A stretch of DNA of 32,000 nt. Origin: an uncultured Nitrososphaerales archaeon (GTDB lineage Archaea; Thermoproteota; Nitrososphaeria; Nitrososphaerales; Nitrososphaeraceae). Made by a program: the position numbers and the translations under genes. Below, in pieces: positions 16,915-26,845 of this stretch; the stretch's first letter is position 1, and each line of letters begins with the position of its first letter. The stretch spans positions 1,497,150 to 1,529,149 of the forward strand of contig CAVOHZ010000010.1 of NCBI GenBank assembly GCA_963695855.1, written 5' to 3'. The notes below the pieces were generated by a model. The model worked only from the letters and a program-made list of their open reading frames with translations, was not told where the DNA came from and did not search any database.

Positions 16915-17719
16915 TGATAAGCATTAGTGATAAGCAGAGCTCCGTATTAAAATCTATACTTTATATTCTATAAAATTAAAAATTTTACAATTTTATTTTA
17001 TTTTTGTCTATATTTTACATTTTTACTCGTTGTTTTTTCCGATACATGTTTAAATTATACTTTCAAGAAGTAAAGAGTGATCAAATCGATATGGCTCAGA
17101 TGCCCGCTCTAATACCAAAAGAAGTAGAAATTCAAAGACTGAAAAAGATCTACATAATGGTCATTATGTTAGGTTCTATCGCTGCATCAGTAGAAGTTGA
17201 TAACTTCGTTGATGGTTCTTTACATCAGACAGCTATTAGGGATAGTGCATTCACACCAGCTCATTGGTGGTTATACAGTCACTTTATTGCATTACCATTA
17301 GGATGGGGATTTGTCGCAATGTACGACAGAAGAGTTCCTGTCCTGAGAGGTCCAAACAATTCTATGAATACAGGATTAAAGATAACCATAATTGGTTACT
17401 TGGCTACAATGTTTACCATTGGTATCAACGAAATGTGGCACTTCTGGTTCGTAGAAGAAATATTTTCTGTTCCTAACCACTGGATGTTTAACATGGGAGT
17501 CGTTGTGGCTTTCATGGGTGCTCTTGCTTATGTAGTAAGAGTATATGCACGTCTAGTAGAACTTGGTGCTGAAACACCAGGAAAGAACCCGTATGTAGCA
17601 GAGATGTACAAGCTAGCATTGGAAGGAAAACTGTACAGCAGATCCATTCCATAGAAAAAAAGACTTCAATCCACTCTTTTTTTATTTTTTTGTATTTGTT
17701 GTTAGTGTTAAAGTTATTA
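16915..17719. repeat. Right arm of the ~804-bp inverted repeat carrying amoC
   Basis: See 12979-13782. The inner junction is TGATAAGCATTAGTGATAAGCAGAGC. The outer junction lies just after AAAGTTATTA. Confidence 0.9.
17091..17654 (+). CDS. amoC: Ammonia monooxygenase subunit C, copy 2 (identical to copy 1)
   Basis: The translation is identical to 13043-13606. It is oriented divergently from copy 1 and has the same 176-bp upstream sequence. Confidence 0.9.
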   Translation: MAQMPALIPKEVEIQRLKKIYIMVIMLGSIAASVEVDNFVDGSLHQTAIRDSAFTPAHWWLYSHFIALPLGWGFVAMYDRRVPVLRGPNNSMNTGLKITIIGYLATMFTIGINEMWHFWFVEEIFSVPNHWMFNMGVVVAFMGALAYVVRVYARLVELGAETPGKNPYVAEMYKLALEGKLYSRSIP

Positions 17720-17802
17720 TATTGATAGTCGAAAAAATTATTCAATACAAAGATACCTGAATAAATATTAAATATGTGTAAGCGATCTTTCTAACAGGGT
17801 TA

Positions 17803-18147
17803 TTGGACCAATGTTATATCTGTGGATCAAAATTTGGTAATGTTATATGTGCATACTGTAATCAAAATACATGTTCATCTTGTTTGATCGAATCGGAAAG
17901 AAAATGTAAAAGATGTGCAATCTCTAAAAAACGACCTTCCGGCTTTCTAAGAAGAAACATTCCGTTCATATTGGGTATGGTTGCCGTATGGTTTTTTGTT
18001 TCAGGTTTGTATCCTTTTCCGTATTTTTATGCTGTAGGAAAACCAGTTGATGAGGCAATAATGCAACCGATTCTCATAGCTACGGCCATTTTTATGATTC
18101 CTTTCATATTTATGATGATTGCATGGAGAAAAAGACCACCGTATTAA
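17803..18147 (+). CDS. Zinc-ribbon membrane protein
   Basis: 114-aa ORF. N-terminal Cys clusters (CYICGSKFGNVICAYCNQNTCSSC...CKRC) are followed by two hydrophobic helices. TTG start. Confidence 0.5.
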   Translation: MDQCYICGSKFGNVICAYCNQNTCSSCLIESERKCKRCAISKKRPSGFLRRNIPFILGMVAVWFFVSGLYPFPYFYAVGKPVDEAIMQPILIATAIFMIPFIFMMIAWRKRPPY

Positions 18148-18227
18148 GAGCAGCTTCTAAATATATTGTAATATATTCCACAATTTTTAAAGATTAAATA
18201 AATAAGAAAATCAATTATCTGATAATC

Positions 18228-19607
18228 TTGCAAAAAGTGTTTTTACAATATGATAAAGGTTCAATCATTATATCTGGACTAGCTCAAATTCCATATACAA
18301 TATTTGATCCTAGAACTAATCAATTAAGAGCACAAGGATTTTACTATTCAAATATTATCTCGTTTTTACAGCAAAGTGGTATTGAATATGAAGATCGTGT
18401 TATGGATATAATTCCAACACCATCTCTTACTATATCTGATTCAAATATTAAACTATCTTTAAGAACATATCAAAAAAAAGCCATAGAAAATTGGGTAAAC
18501 GCAGACAAAAAAGGATGTATAATTTTACCTACTGGGTCGGGAAAAACAATTATAGCTATCAAGATAATTGAATTAATAAACTCTTCATCTATTATCATTG
18601 TACCAACAATAGATCTAATGGATCAGTGGATGAATGTTCTTTCAATATATTTCAAAAATCTGAAAATAGGAAATATAGGAGGAGGAAACTCGAATATTAG
18701 TGGTATAACAGTTTCTACATACGATTCTGCATTTCTTAAAGCACATCTAATAGGAAATAAATTTTCTCTACTTATTTTCGACGAATTGCATCATCTAGCT
18801 GCACCAGGATATAGGACTATTGCAGAGCAATTTGCCTCTCGATATAGATTAGGTCTAACTGCTACTTATGAAAGAGAAGATAATCTCCATCTAGAATTTC
18901 CAAAGTTAGTTGGAGGCATAGTGTTTCAATCACATGTTAATGAATTAACTAAAGAGAAACACTTGGCATCTTTTGTTGTAGAACGGAGATTTGTAAAGTT
19001 ATTACCAGAAGAAAAAATAGAATATAATCAAAATTACGAGTTATATCAAACTCTATTAAAAAAAATTGGGATTAAATTACGCGGTCAAATGGGGTTGCAG
19101 AAATTAATAATAATTTCAGGAAAAAACAAAGATGCAAGAGAAGCCTTACTTGCTAGGAATAGAGCTTTAGATATTGCTCTAAACAGTCAGTCCAAGGTGG
19201 AAGAATTAAGAAATATCCTTAATGAAAACCATGGATTAAAAACTATAATATTTACACAACATAATAAATTGGTATATACAATCTCTGACAAATTTCTAAT
19301 TCCATTTATAACTCATAAATCAAGTAAACAGGAAAGGGAAGATACCTTAAATGGCTTTAAAGACAATAGGTATAATGCTGTAGTAACATCCAAAGTATTG
19401 GACGAAGGTGTAGATGTTCCAGAAGCGGAATTGGGTATAATAGTTAGTGGTACTGGTAGTAAAAGGGAGTTTATTCAACGTTTAGGGCGTCTGTTGAGAA
19501 CTAAACCAGATTCAAATAAAAGAGCGAAATTAATAGAAGTAATTTCTTCTGAAACACAGGAAATTAATACAAGTGCTAGGAGGAAGCAAGCTCTTAAAAA
19601 TATTTAA
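18228..19607 (+). CDS. xpb: XPB/Rad25-type SF2 DNA repair helicase
   Basis: 459-aa ORF. Motif I is ILPTGSGKT and motif II is FDELHH. TATYERED contains the XPB RED motif. Motifs V and VI are VLDEGVDVPE and QRLGRLLR. Confidence 0.8.
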   Translation: MQKVFLQYDKGSIIISGLAQIPYTIFDPRTNQLRAQGFYYSNIISFLQQSGIEYEDRVMDIIPTPSLTISDSNIKLSLRTYQKKAIENWVNADKKGCIILPTGSGKTIIAIKIIELINSSSIIIVPTIDLMDQWMNVLSIYFKNLKIGNIGGGNSNISGITVSTYDSAFLKAHLIGNKFSLLIFDELHHLAAPGYRTIAEQFASRYRLGLTATYEREDNLHLEFPKLVGGIVFQSHVNELTKEKHLASFVVERRFVKLLPEEKIEYNQNYELYQTLLKKIGIKLRGQMGLQKLIIISGKNKDAREALLARNRALDIALNSQSKVEELRNILNENHGLKTIIFTQHNKLVYTISDKFLIPFITHKSSKQEREDTLNGFKDNRYNAVVTSKVLDEGVDVPEAELGIIVSGTGSKREFIQRLGRLLRTKPDSNKRAKLIEVISSETQEINTSARRKQALKNI

Positions 19608-19765
19608 TAGTGTAACTATAATTGATAGATAGATTATTTTTAAAAAAAACTAAAAATCAAATAAAATATTTAAATAATTTCTTTATCTTACATATTAACT
19701 CAAATCGCATCAAAAAGAATTAAATTAACTCGTTAATATGTTAGATTTTACATAATTATTATAAT

Positions 19766-22036
19766 ATGTCAAATAATAAATACATAGAATATAGTAACCT
19801 GTCGGAATCAGAAAATTATATAGATCATCCTCTAATCAAAAAAAAATCAATTGATCATCGATTGTATCAAACCAATATTGTTAATTCGTCGAGGGGAAAA
19901 AATTCAATGGTCATTCTTCCAACTTCTTTAGGAAAAACAATAATTTCAGCTCTATTATCTGCGGATGTTCTTTATAATTTTAAAACTATGAGGGTTCTAG
20001 TAATGGCTCCAACGAGACCATTAGTATTGCAACATATGTTCTCGTTTTCTTCAGTACTTAAAATATTAAACAATCAAAAAATCTTTGTTACAGGTCAAAT
20101 CCCACCATCTACAAGAAAGTTGATATGGGATAATAAAAATATCAGATTGATATTTTCAACTCCTGAGATAATAAGAAATGATCTTTTTGAAAGCCGTTTA
20201 TCTCTAAGTGATTTTGGATTGGTGGTTTTCGATGAAGCTCATAGAGCAGTGAAGGACTATGCATATACATATATTGCAAAAAAATATCTAGAACAGTCAC
20301 TAAATCCAGTCATTCTAGCTATGACTGCAAGTCCTGGATCAGATGGTATCAGGATCGACCAAATCTGTGAACATCTTAGTATTGAACATATAGAGTATCG
20401 AAATGAAGAGGATTCTGATGTAAAACCATATGTCAATCCAATCGATCTGAGTTGGGAATTAATAGATCTATCATGTGATTATAAAAATATTGTACATCTA
20501 TTTCGCGAAATATTAAAAGAAAAATTAAGATGGTTGGTTTATCGTGGATTAATTCAAAAAAAAAATCTTGAGTATATATTTAAAAGTGATTTATTAGAAC
20601 TTGGAAAAGTTCTCCAAAGAAATCTACAATTTTCGGTAACTGAAGAAAAAGGTCAGTTGTACTCTGCTTTGTTAAACCAGTCATCTGCTCTTTCTTTAAT
20701 GTACTGCATAGAATTAATCGAGAGTCAAGGTCCGTATTCTCTTGAAAATTTTATCAAGAGAATGGAATCTAGTGAGGGAAAAGCACATTCTATACTCTTA
20801 AAAGATTCGAGAATGGACGAAATAAAAAAGAAACTTGCAAATATTTCAGACCATCCAAAAATTAAATATATTATAGATTTATTGGATCAAAATAAATTCG
20901 TTTCCAATATACGGGATTCAAATAATACAAATCTTTCATTAGACTCTAATTCTAAAATATTAATTTTTACTCACTATCGAGATACAGCTACACATATTGT
21001 TGATGTATTAAAACAAAGAAAAATAAGATCCTGTAGATTTGTTGGACAATCGAGCAAAAATAATGATGTAGGAATGAAACAGGATGAGCAATCCAATGTA
21101 TTAGATTCATTTAGAAGAGGCGAATTTAATATATTGATAGCTACATCAATTGCAGAAGAGGGACTAGATATCCCTGAAGTGGATTTAGTTATTTTTTATG
21201 AACCTGTTGCAAGTGAAATAAGACATATACAAAGAAAAGGAAGAACTGGCCGTAGGTCAAAAGGTAAAGTTATAATACTTGCTTCAAAAGATACTGTCGA
21301 TATGCGTTTGCTATATGCAAGTAAAAGGCGCATTGAGAAGATGAGAAATATATTCAATACAAAAAAAACCTCACTAAAACCAATGAAACGAAATCAAATA
21401 TCCTTAACTCCATTAACTGAAAAAGAATTAGAATCACTTGAAGAATTACTTGAAAAAGAAAAAGCCACTCTAGGTACGGAAGACTATGATTTCAAATTAC
21501 AAAATTACAAGCTATTAGCAAAAATGAAAGATAATAAATTTGATGACAAATATTTAAGCAATAAACAATCAAGATTTGATGGAATTATTAATTCAAAAAA
21601 TATATCTAAAAGTAATAATAAATTGATAAATAAAACAATTAGAAATATTTATGAATTGTTGGTAAGAGAGAAAATAAATAAAAAGACCCAATTTGATCTA
21701 AGATATTTGTCCGATCATTTTTCTATAGACTATAACATATTGTTAGATGCAATTGATCAACTCCAGAAAGAGCATATGATAACAGTAAAAAATAATTCTA
21801 TTATTTTTAATAAAATACCAAATTCTAAAGAACAAAAATATATGATCTATGTTGAAAAAATATTGCCAGGAAAAGCATCTGTGCTAGTAAACGGACGATG
21901 GCATGCCGAATTAAATTATTATGATTATGATGGCCCACGTAATATTTTGAAAAAAGGATCCGAATTTATGGCAAGAGCAGATCTTTATAATAATGAAGGA
22001 TCATTTTGTATTAGAATAAAAGAAGTAATTCTGTAG
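19766..22036 (+). CDS. hef: Hef/FANCM/Mph1-family SF2 helicase without a recognisable ERCC4 nuclease domain
   Basis: 756-aa ORF. Motifs: VILPTSLGKT, FDEAHRA, MTASPGS, and FRRGEFNILIATSIAEEGLDIPEVDLVIFYEPVASEIRHIQRKGRTGR. The C-terminal ~220 aa are Lys/Asn-rich and end in a compact domain. No GDxnERKxxxD motif is seen. Confidence 0.75.
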   Translation: MSNNKYIEYSNLSESENYIDHPLIKKKSIDHRLYQTNIVNSSRGKNSMVILPTSLGKTIISALLSADVLYNFKTMRVLVMAPTRPLVLQHMFSFSSVLKILNNQKIFVTGQIPPSTRKLIWDNKNIRLIFSTPEIIRNDLFESRLSLSDFGLVVFDEAHRAVKDYAYTYIAKKYLEQSLNPVILAMTASPGSDGIRIDQICEHLSIEHIEYRNEEDSDVKPYVNPIDLSWELIDLSCDYKNIVHLFREILKEKLRWLVYRGLIQKKNLEYIFKSDLLELGKVLQRNLQFSVTEEKGQLYSALLNQSSALSLMYCIELIESQGPYSLENFIKRMESSEGKAHSILLKDSRMDEIKKKLANISDHPKIKYIIDLLDQNKFVSNIRDSNNTNLSLDSNSKILIFTHYRDTATHIVDVLKQRKIRSCRFVGQSSKNNDVGMKQDEQSNVLDSFRRGEFNILIATSIAEEGLDIPEVDLVIFYEPVASEIRHIQRKGRTGRRSKGKVIILASKDTVDMRLLYASKRRIEKMRNIFNTKKTSLKPMKRNQISLTPLTEKELESLEELLEKEKATLGTEDYDFKLQNYKLLAKMKDNKFDDKYLSNKQSRFDGIINSKNISKSNNKLINKTIRNIYELLVREKINKKTQFDLRYLSDHFSIDYNILLDAIDQLQKEHMITVKNNSIIFNKIPNSKEQKYMIYVEKILPGKASVLVNGRWHAELNYYDYDGPRNILKKGSEFMARADLYNNEGSFCIRIKEVIL

Positions 22037-22187
22037 ATCTTGGTATATTATAATGTCCTTAGCAAATATTATAAAATGATTTTTGTATCATTTGTTGAAG
22101 ATTTCATTATTGATAAACGATATGTAGATCTTATATATATCAGAAAAATTTTGAATTTTAATGCTTCTATTAGTAAAAAATATCTTT

Positions 22188-23141
22188 CTAGGAAGCAATA
22201 ATCCCTTTAAATTTATCAGATATTTCATTTTGTGTCAAGTTAGAGCCAACTGCCGTGATTTTAGCATTTAAAGAATATTCTCCATCTGGATTATTACTTC
22301 TAATATGATATGCTCCTATAATAGAATCGCTAAAATCTGGACCATATACCAAGATATCGTCAAGATCGCTTGAAATAAGTTCGATCTGAAGGTCGTTTCC
22401 TAGCGCAACAAAGGACTTTGAAAAAACTGTCTTCAAGTTCTTGTCATCATGCAAGGTAATAGTGTAAGTTAATGGCACAGTTTTTTCAAAGTTAACGGAA
22501 GTTGGTTGGAAATCTAGTAAAATTCTATCATTTTCGGTAGTATTAAAAACCCAATCGTTTTGGGAATTATCCATTAAACCCATGTCAGATCCAGAATTCA
22601 ATTTTATGTTATTACCTTGCTTAAAAGAATCACTTACATAAACAGAACCTATCATCCAAGGATGAATCTCACAATGATATGCAACTCTTCCCGGAGTATC
22701 AAAAGTATATTGCATTGAACCAGAATAAGGTATAATACCTGAATTGAACATTTTTCCTGAATTCGGTGATCCTGGCGCATCGCTAGTTACAGTATGTATT
22801 GCTTCTGGATCAAAATTAAACCATGCTACAGTAGTGCCCATTGGTATGGCAATATTTAGGGGATAAAAATGTTGAAATTTGTAACTGATACCCGTACCCG
22901 TAGTTATATCAACAGCATAAGTAGGCAGTACCTTGTGGGAGGTTGGAGGTGGAACCATTCCATTTTCTCCGAATATCTCTGCATTTGATAAGAATAAGGT
23001 AAAGATGATTGCTAAAAATAGAAATAAAAATATTGTCAATAAATAAACTTGTATATAGGCCTTAATATCAGTTATGTTTACACTAGATTCATTTGCAATC
23101 ATCTGTAACATCTTTAATAATGATTCTATATAGTAAAACAA
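22188..23141 (-). CDS. Membrane-anchored cupredoxin-domain protein with an extra C-terminal domain
   Basis: 317-aa ORF. N-terminal TM VYLLTIFLFLFLAIIFTLFL. Copper site HTVTSD ... YHCEIHPWMIGSVYV. The C-terminal ~140 aa are unassigned. The internal ATG at 23111 is a plausible alternative start. Confidence 0.75.
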   Translation of the reverse strand: MFYYIESLLKMLQMIANESSVNITDIKAYIQVYLLTIFLFLFLAIIFTLFLSNAEIFGENGMVPPPTSHKVLPTYAVDITTGTGISYKFQHFYPLNIAIPMGTTVAWFNFDPEAIHTVTSDAPGSPNSGKMFNSGIIPYSGSMQYTFDTPGRVAYHCEIHPWMIGSVYVSDSFKQGNNIKLNSGSDMGLMDNSQNDWVFNTTENDRILLDFQPTSVNFEKTVPLTYTITLHDDKNLKTVFSKSFVALGNDLQIELISSDLDDILVYGPDFSDSIIGAYHIRSNNPDGEYSLNAKITAVGSNLTQNEISDKFKGIIAS

Positions 23142-23761
23142 TATTATTTAAAATATAAATGACATCAGATATCTATCAATCTTGAACTTCTAGAAGAATA
23201 AATAACTTCATTATCCCATAAATTATATTTGGTTAAAATCAATTCAATAAATTCAAAAATAGAATACAATTGTCTTGAAATGATAAGTGTCGTGCGACTT
23301 TGGTAACCTGAATAAATTTTAAATGAGAATTTGCTATTACCAATATATATTGATTAATTTTAACGAAAAAAGGATTATTGTTGTTTTTTTAACAAATGGT
23401 TATTGATCTGTCAGTTTTATGGAAACAATAATGAAGAACACAAATATTACATGAACTGTACTATTAGGATCATATTCATATAAATCTTGATTGCATAAGT
23501 TTGGCTAATCTTACCTATCAATTATCAATGTAGTTTCATATTTTTTGCATAAATAGCTTTAACGTTGTATTGTATATCTTGCTACAAACCAACATGAGTT
23601 ATTAAAGAATTGATGTAGCAAATAAATTCTAGAAAATGTTCTAAAACGTAAGTTTATGACGGAAATTTGTACCCTTAACGTTGGTAAAAGAGTGATATTA
23701 GACAAAAAAAACTAAAAAACGTTGAAAAACGTTGGTTTAATATTATAGTTCTGTATTAACA

Positions 23762-23950
23762 ATGTTGATGAGTCTAATAAATCCTACTATAGATTCAAAT
23801 AAAACTAAAAAAAGGTATTGGCACATTCTTGTGTCCGACGAGAATCGTAAAAAATTGAAAATGCATGGCATGGCAGGAGATTCCTTCAACGATGTGATAT
23901 CCAAATTGCTATCTCAAAATAATGTATTGGAGACTGATACTTCTAAATGA
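23762..23950 (+). CDS. Small RHH-like (ribbon-helix-helix) DNA-binding protein, copy B
   Basis: 62-aa ORF. RYWHILVSD (strand) - ENRKKLKMHG (helix) - SFNDVISKLLSQ (helix). It is the intact counterpart of pseudogene 4271-4444. Confidence 0.5.
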   Translation: MLMSLINPTIDSNKTKKRYWHILVSDENRKKLKMHGMAGDSFNDVISKLLSQNNVLETDTSK

Positions 23951-23966
23951 TAATAATTTATAAAAC

Positions 23967-24000
23967 GGACTGGTTGGGCCATTACCCCACAACCAAGTCC
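23967..24000. other. Conserved stem-loop, copy B (12-bp stem with two A bulges; loop CCATTAC)
   Basis: GGACTGGTTGGG-CCATTAC-CCCACAACCAAGTCC. It pairs like copy A, with compensatory changes at four stem positions. Confidence 0.6.
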
Positions 24001-24151
24001 TTAAGCGCAAGTCCCTCACGAACTCCACGCAGAGCCACAACAGAATCGCCACGCATGGCATCCCTATCAATAGTGAACGACAATGGAAGATAGTAAAAAT
24101 TCGCTAATAAGTCTTCCGTACTCATTTGTCGGTTACGCACAGAATACGCTT

Positions 24152-24194
24152 GCAAAAATTCACAAAATCTCACAAATTTTAACAAATTTTAACG
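24152..24194. repeat. Diverged 10-bp-phased A-tract repeats (TCACAAAATC / TCACAAATTT / TAACAAATTT / TAAC)
   Basis: Read directly from the sequence. It is the positional counterpart of the perfect 3 x 10-bp array in copy A. Confidence 0.7.
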
Positions 24195-24306
24195 CTAGCA
24201 TCCCCTCCGTCGTCGTTTGTTGCGGTTTTAAGTGTTTTCCCGTGACAAACGACAAAAAAATGAGTGAGGTACATTCGACATATTATCTGGCGGAGGGTGT
24301 AACGAT

Positions 24307-24525
24307 TTGACTAGAACTAGAAGAAAAAAGGCCGTATCTATAAAAAATAAAAATATCGATAGCATTCCAAATGATAAAAAGTTTACCTGGGCGTGGGAAA
24401 CCAACAGAAAAACTATTGTTGCCAGGTCAAAGTGTCCTTGCTGGGTATGTCTGGATAGCGGGATCAAATACAACTATGAAGTTTCATCTGGTAACAAACC
24501 GTTCGAAGGAGTGTTTTTCATATGA
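24307..24525 (+). CDS. Small Cys-rich (CPCWVC) protein, copy B
   Basis: 72-aa ORF. RSKCPCWVCLDSGIKYNYE...EGVFF is conserved with copy A. ATGA overlap with the downstream ATPase gene. Confidence 0.5.
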   Translation: MTRTRRKKAVSIKNKNIDSIPNDKKFTWAWETNRKTIVARSKCPCWVCLDSGIKYNYEVSSGNKPFEGVFFI

Positions 24526-26483
24526 CTGCTGCTTCAGAAGAAAATAACAATAACGCTAGAGAATTAAAGCAAAGTCCAGAAGTCCAAAAAAGCGAACTGA
24601 TTAAAGAAGCCTATTACTACCCAGATAATAATAGAGTAAAAATATCACTTAATGGAAAGATAGACGCCGACATTGTATTTACACTGGTTATAGATGATTG
24701 GACACGCAACATAAAGATAGTAATGGACCAGGCCCAGGCATATGGGTACACGGATAAGGCACACAGATCAATCTTTTACAGATTCATAAATGATAATGAG
24801 GACATTTTAACATCTAGTAATAATAAGGCTAAAGAAAAGCAGACACAACAGCAAGAAGAAGATGAGGAACAAAAAAAACAACTCATTCCAACCCTCAAAT
24901 ACTCGCAAATGGGAAAAGGTGACCTGTATGAATCCGTATTCATCGGAGATTTCCCGGCATACATAAAATATAATAGGAGCACAGGAACATTTGAAAGATA
25001 TGATAAGATTGAAGAAGCAATCAGAATCCTAAGACCTCCAGCAATAGAAGAGTGTCCACACCTACCTTATGAATTTGATAGTCTGGATCAGATTAATGGT
25101 ATTGCCAAGTTTATTGAAGATAACAACATAGACCGAGATTATTTGTACTATACATGTTACAAAATAGTCTCCAAATATAACAACCAATTACCACACAAAT
25201 TAAAATTAATAACAATAAACATAATCGCCTCACACTTTCAGGATATGTTCTCAACAACGCACTACCTTTATCTGGTTGGTGGTAATGGAAGCGGTAAAAG
25301 TTCTATTGCAGAGACACTTAGAGGACTTGCTTATAGGGCCGCAGTAATGACGGATCCAAGTGCACCCAACTTATTCAGATTGTTGGGAATGGTGGAGTCT
25401 ATGTAGTGTACCATGGTACTGGAAGAGGCCGACAAAATAGACAAGTCCACAGATTTAATGGCAATTTTGAAGACAGGTTTTGCATTTGGTGGGACTACTC
25501 CCAAAGTCAATCCCTACACAAACCTATCTGAACGATTCTTTACATACTGTCCTAAAATAATAGTGTCGGAAAGGTCATTAAATCAATCAATTGCAAAAGG
25601 TGTTAATTCGAGAATCTTTTCTATCAACTGTTTCAAGGGAAGCATAAAACATGATATCCTAGAAATCCTAAATCCTACTAATACAGGTGGACCAGAGAAC
25701 AAAAGGCTGCTGCAAGAGATTATGAACTTTCGAAAGTTGTTGCTGGTTTACAGATTGATGCACTTCAAGGATATGATTCCAGACTTAGATATAGGTGTAG
25801 AAGGTAGGGATAGACAACTTGTAAAATACTGTATACAACTCTTTCATGGGTGCAAATGTCAGGATGAAGTAATTAAAACCGTTCAAAAATTCTTGGATAC
25901 CAAGAACAATAAAAAACAAGCATCAATTGAATCCGTCTTACTACCGCTAATTGATAAACTAATCGAGACCAAGAAAACGAATCAAGTTTCATCTTTAGAC
26001 TTCTGGAAAGCAGTAATTAACGAGATTCCAGGACTACCAGACCTGCATAAACCTAATGAATTTCATACAGACGATTACGGGACATTATACAGAACAACGA
26101 TATCAGGTGTGGTTTGTGATTGCTTTGGTGCAAGTATAAAGCATGGCGATAAAGGAAACATCTTGGTATTTGACCGTACCGTAATTAAGGAACTGGTAAA
26201 GTCGGATATAGAGAATGATAAAACCAGAATAGTCGTTAACGAAATACCTCCTGGTCAATCAGTAGTGGAAGAAGAATATGAAGAATATGAAGATGACGAG
26301 TACGATGAACCTGAAGGCCTGAATAGTCTGAAGGCATCTGGGGAAGGGGGTACCCCTGATTTGGAAAAAAATGACGAGGGAGCCGAAGAGCAGGAGGAGA
26401 CAGAATCAGAGCCACTAGAACCAAATGATACATATTACCAGTTTGGGAAGAAAGGCCAATGGCGTGAGGGTATTCCACCTTGA
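24522..26483 (+). pseudogene. P-loop NTPase, copy B, interrupted by one in-frame TAG (25404-25406) between Walker A and Walker B
   Basis: The two ORF-track pieces (24522-25406 and 25413-26483) are in the same frame. Copy B reads MVESM*CTMVLEEADK where copy A reads MVESMQCTMVLEEADK, so CAG has become TAG. The rest of the frame is intact, including the acidic C-terminal tail. Confidence 0.7.
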
Positions 26484-26845
26484 TAAATCCTACATTAACG
26501 CTAACACCCAAGCAAAAGAAAGAGTTGATGGCAGGGGAAAGGGAAGCAGGAGCACCATCCTTTTTTAGTTACGGTTATCTTGATACTGAGAATAGACAAA
26601 AGATTCTTGAATACCTGAATGAAGGTAAAAGATTGAGGTGTCATCATCAAGATTGTCAGAGTTTCAATAGTGAGTTCATAACCCTTTATGATTATAATAG
26701 ACACTGTCATAGCAATCATCCTAGACAACCGCTACATCCATCACTACAGTATATCGAAGACTTGACTACAACATATTTTATTGCTGTAAATGAAAAAGCC
26801 TGGCGTAAATCACGACTGGTACCTAGGGGTAATCCGTGGGAATGA
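26480..26845 (+). CDS. C2H2-type zinc-finger protein, copy B
   Basis: 121-aa ORF with CHHQDCQSFNSEFITLYDYNRHCHSNH. The TTG start overlaps the ATPase stop (CCTTGA). Confidence 0.6.
   Translation: MINPTLTLTPKQKKELMAGEREAGAPSFFSYGYLDTENRQKILEYLNEGKRLRCHHQDCQSFNSEFITLYDYNRHCHSNHPRQPLHPSLQYIEDLTTTYFIAVNEKAWRKSRLVPRGNPWE

Larger units (their letters stand above)
23951..24306 (+). promoter_or_regulatory. Non-coding control region of element copy B
   Basis: It has the same ordered conserved blocks as 3895-4270: a stem-loop, a T-poor GC-rich tract, the AGTGAACGACAATGGAAGATAGTAAAAATTC block, 10-bp repeats, GCTAGCATCCCCTCCG, and GGAGGGTGTAAC ahead of the TTG start at 24307. Confidence 0.5.

Noticed and set aside
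17004-17090. N-terminal extension of amoC (MSIFYIFTRCFFRYMFKLYFQEVKSDQID) from a TTG start, as in the ORF track
   Set aside because: Archaeal AmoC begins at MAQMPAL.... The extension is AT-rich upstream sequence read through from a non-ATG codon.
17512-17745. 77-aa minus-strand ORF overlapping the 3' end of amoC copy 2
   Set aside because: It is antisense to amoC and extends into the AT-rich downstream region, with low-complexity Asn/Lys/Phe content.
4545-23655. Idea that the whole window is one large palindromic duplication (element, PII-like gene and cupredoxin mirrored on both sides)
   Set aside because: The midpoints of the element pair and of the amoC inverted repeat differ by more than 1 kb. 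The two cupredoxins are only distantly related and have different architectures. Most intervening genes have no mirrored partner.
23982-24473. ORFs 23982-24185 (minus) and 24228-24473 (minus)
   Set aside because: They lie in, or antisense to, the copy B control region and the small Cys protein gene. They have no counterpart ORF in copy A and no motifs.
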